DNA of 63,858 bases, counting the filler, from Reclinomonas americana ATCC 50394 (lineage: Eukaryota): the NCBI GenBank assembly GCA_048213135.1. It is 5 parts of 4 records of this genome, joined end to end, with 100 filler letters (N's around TTAATTAATTAA, not from the genome) between each part and the next. Parts side by side here need not be neighbours in the genome. Positions count along the whole stretch, not along the records: positions 60,279 to 63,858 come from PS015279.1; 4 more parts are not named here. The stretch is one strand, 5' to 3'. The translations under genes and the position numbers were made by a program. Positions 60,287 to 63,858 of this stretch are shown piece by piece (within the stretch, counting starts at the first letter, position 1; each line of letters opens with the position of its first letter). The notes beneath the pieces are model-generated. The model worked only from the letters and a program-made list of their open reading frames with translations, did not search any database and was not told the DNA's origin.

Positions 60287-63200
60287 ACATTACCAGGTTT
60301 GTTCCTCAAGGTTCTCAACGCCTTTCTTCACCACAGGTGCACTGTCATGACGTACCACCCGTCGTCCAACTCGCTCAAGTACGTGCGGGACAGCTCACCG
60401 GCCGACATTGAGAGTGCCAAGGTGCTGGACGTCATCCCCATCTTTGAGGTGTGTGGACGTGTTGCGTTGTGTGCCGAACGAGACGGATTGCGCGTTCGTC
60501 TGACGCACGAGGTCGTGCAGGGCACGCTGGATACGGGTCACATTGAGTGGGTCAAGGACATTTTCTCGTCTCTTGGCGCCTTCACCAAGGTCCCACCGTC
60601 AATGGCCAGCGCTCCCATGCAGTCCATTGTGTATGCACAGTTTACTGCTGCTGCTATGCGTGTGGTGGCTATGCTGGCGCGCAAGCACACCATGCTGTTG
60701 AGCCGCTTCCTGGGTGACGGTTGGTTTTCTCGCTTCCCTCTCATTCTCGCTCCGTGTGCTTGCGTGACGGTGCTTACCTGCTGCTGTGCACAGGACATCT
60801 TCGGCAGTTGGTGGCTCTGGCCACGCAGCCGACACCTTACCCCAAGACTGTCGTGACACTCGATCTGGAAGAAATGTCGGCGCGCCTGCAGGAGCGCATC
60901 GTAGACATTTCGCTTGGTGACATTCCTGGCGTGCGCGTCCTGCTGCGGCATCGTTGCGTGTCCAATCCGGTAGTGTGCTGTCACACTGGCCTGTTTCTCA
61001 AACATCGTGTCGACACAGAGGAGCCTCGTTTGGTCGTGCTCCGACCGCTGTACATGGCCAGTCAGATGAATGTGGCCATGGTCAATGTGGGGCGACCGTT
61101 GAGTGCGACTGCCGTCGTCGAGGCCGACATGGTGTATGTGATGTCAACGGAGGAGCCGTCGGCATCGGAGATCAACGGGCATGTGGTGCTGCTGGACGGA
61201 TGCACTGCCAAGGTGGCCGACAAGGTCCGTTGCTTCATGTGTCCACTGGCGCGCGTTATTGGTCCTATGCTCACCGACTCGATGCCGTAGATTTTGACCC
61301 TGCAAGAGGCCGGTGCGCTAGCTGTGGTGTGCTCGCCGCTGCGTGAGGAAACTCTGGTGGAGGACGCACACTCGTCGTCGCTTCGTCTTCCGGTGTTCAT
61401 CACCAACGAGNNNNNNNNNNNNNNNNNNNNGTCACCGCATCCGTACGCCGACAACACCGACATCAAGCGCGAGCTGCATGTGCCGGAGGCGCGCGGATTG
61501 CACATTTCTTTCGATCCACGTTGCGCGACGGAGAACGGCTGCGACTACCTCACCTTCTGCACCGATCCCGAGTGCGAAGTTGTGCTGAAGAAGTTCACCG
61601 GCCCCTCGCGCAAGTTCGTAGCCTTCTTCGTGCCCTACAATCGAGTGTGGATGCACTTCAAGAGCGACGCCAGCGGCAACGACTGGGGCTACAAGTTCTT
61701 TGTGCAGGGTTCGTGTAGTGTTATCAACTTTGTTGCTTGTTGCCTTGCCACTCACGTGTCGACTTTGTGGCGCAGGCATTGGATGCGGTCCGAAGAACGA
61801 TGCACAGGCGCTCAATCAGCCGAACATGGACTACGGCGTACAACTCTTGGGCTTGCTCCTGAAGCAGGTGCACCGATACCATCACATTGTTATTGCAGAG
61901 GACCTTGTGTTTGCCATTCTGCGCTGCATTCCGTCGGCGTCGGGTGAGGCCAAAGTCCTGCTGGTGGAGCGTGTCACCGAGCTTCTGTCTGCCTTTGAAA
62001 AGTGCGTGCCACTCGCGACTCTTCTTCAATTTGTCGACGTGCTGACACTGTTGGCGTTGTGCGAGTAGGTATCGCGCCGACGGCCTGTCGTTGTGGGTGC
62101 TCGATCGCATTCAGCATCTGGTCACCCAGCGATACGAGGAGGAGCGTCGAACAAAGACGCTGGTGCACTCCAAGTACTTCCAGGCTCTCTGCGACTTGGT
62201 GCTGGCCTGCGTGCACCTGCGAAGAGCTCGAGCCGCCGCCGCCGTCGAGCGGGACTGGAGTCAGGTGGCGCTCATTGAGCAACGTTGCGCTGATTGCTGT
62301 CGTGCCCTCTCGAGTGTCACCCTCCCCTCACTTCCATGCTTGTCGTGTGCAGAGTTTGCCAGTGGGCGCACGGGCCCGGCATCCGGAGAGCTGATCTGCT
62401 GCACCGACGATGTCGCAGTGGTCGACGCAGAGGTACGCGATAGTTTACACTGATGAGATTCGTTTACGCGAGTGCTCATTCGAGAGCGGACAGCGTGTGG
62501 TATGTACCGTTGGCTTTGGCACGGTGCGGTCGAGTGCATGCATCACCAGTGGTCGCTGGTACTATGAGGTGGAGTTGTTGTCGGCGGCCGATGTCGAAGT
62601 CGGTTGGGTTACGTCGAAGTTCAACCCCAAGTCGGTGGTGCGTGCGATGACTGTGATTGGCGTCAGTTCTGTGCTTTTGTGTCTCACCGCCACCCCTGTT
62701 GCGCAGTTGTCGCGTGGCGTCGGCTTCGATGTCCATTCATGGGGCTTTGATCCGACCAATGTGCGCTTCTGGCCGGCCAGCACGCCTCGGGTACGTCACG
62801 TGTTCTTTCTCGGGCGTATGTGCGTTGCAGCTGATTGGTGATATAGATGCAAGGCGGCAAAGTGGACACCACCGGTGCTGTGATCGGGTGTGCAGTCGAC
62901 TTTGAGAGCCGCAGGATGACCTGGTTCATCAATGGCGATCCGACCGACTGCATTGTCGAGGTCGGTGGTGTCAAGTTCTGCGTGTGTGTTTGGTTTCCGT
63001 TTTTGCTCATTCGCACGAACAGAAATTCGACGCTCCCGAGGGACTCTACCCCGCAGTCACTGTCCACGAGCGTGGAGTGGTTCTCATCAACCAGGGTCAG
63101 CGCCCGTTCCGGTTCGCGCTCTCCCTGCATCCCGTCTCGCACACGTGCGCTCACTCACTTATCAACATATTTGTAGGCACCGATCTCCGCGAGGATTCGT

Positions 63201-63858
63201 GCCGCTGGTGGTTGATCCGCTGCCGGAGATTGGTGAGCAATCGTGTCCGTGCACTCGATTGTGCTTGCATCTCGCACTCACTCTCGTCCCCCACAGTCGG
63301 CACTCAATGGTACCACAAGCTGGCTGACCTGGCGGACCTGGCGCGCTCGTTGACAACTGGCGAGCCCATTCATCCGCTGTTGCTGGAGAAGGCTGTGGCC
63401 AAGGAGGCTTTCACCCACGGTACTGTGACTTGGCAAGTCGGTTGTCCAGTGCAGCACGTTCGCATCGGTTGACACGTTTGTCTCTCTCTCTCCCTATCTT
63501 ACCGCAGAGCCGACGCGCATCCTGTCGAGACCAATGTCGACCACAGGTGGCAACACGGAGCATCTGCAGCGCGTGAGCGAAATCAACGACTCGGTGTACA
63601 CGGCGACTCGCTCGAGCAACGTCGACATTGTGCTGGAGCTTACCATGGAACGCGCATACATGGTGTGCGAGGTGGTGCTTGACGCTGAGACGTTGCGTAG
63701 CGTGTGCGTGAGAGAGATGGTATGCGTTTATCCCGTGCGCCATGCTGACCTGGGTCTGCGTGTGCAGGTGTGCTGGTGGCGTACCCGAGTGCACATATGT
63801 GCTCGGCAGCACAGGTTTGTGGTTTTCATTTCGATTTGTTGTTGAAGCGACGCATCAT
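60287..63858 (+). CDS. Internal fragment of a large HECTD4-like protein with PA-like, CUB-like and SPRY domains
   Basis: Many short introns. PA-like: INGHVVLLDGCTAKVADK|ILTLQEAGALAVV. CUB-like: SPHPYADN...ISFDPRCATENGCDYLTF...HFKSDASGNDWGYKF. Linker HSKYFQALCDL. SPRY: SGRWYYEVEL...VGW...GVGFDVHSWGFD...VIGCAVDF...WFING...LYPAV. No HECT domain is visible in the window. Confidence 0.7.

Overview
Eukaryotic (protist-like), intron-rich genomic DNA from a draft assembly. The window is five unrelated scaffolds joined by artificial 100-nt linkers (N44-TTAATTAATTAA-N44) at 31816, 43417, 55318 and 60179, so genes on different scaffolds are not real neighbours. The ORF track is mostly uninformative because the genes are spliced; I rebuilt the gene models by hand from GT-AG junctions. 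Scaffold 1 (1-31815; long microsatellite-rich introns): an S/R/P-rich protein, a coiled-coil protein, a bacterial-type DUF3431 protein, a Myb+MPN (MYSM1-like) deubiquitinase, eIF4A-III and a GT10 fucosyltransferase-like protein with a degenerate donor motif. Scaffold 2 (31916-43416): one giant gene (about 40 introns, about 2,900 aa estimated, truncated) for a type II membrane protein built from Gly/Ser/Thr beta-repeats resembling phage tail fibres or bacterial surface proteins. This is the strongest candidate for an undescribed system. Scaffold 3: a hypothetical protein, a 4-EF-hand protein, a divergent cyclin, mitochondrial formate dehydrogenase, RPS29 and an OSR1/SPAK-like kinase whose VAIK lysine is Met. 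Scaffold 4: RPAP3, an SLC25A38-like carrier and eIF3L. Scaffold 5: a HECTD4-like PA/CUB/SPRY protein fragment. Also notable: a recurrent atypical GTTGCG splice-donor class, several contigs flipped or misplaced between gaps, and TACG-type sequencing artefacts. Family assignments come from motif recognition; no database search was run.
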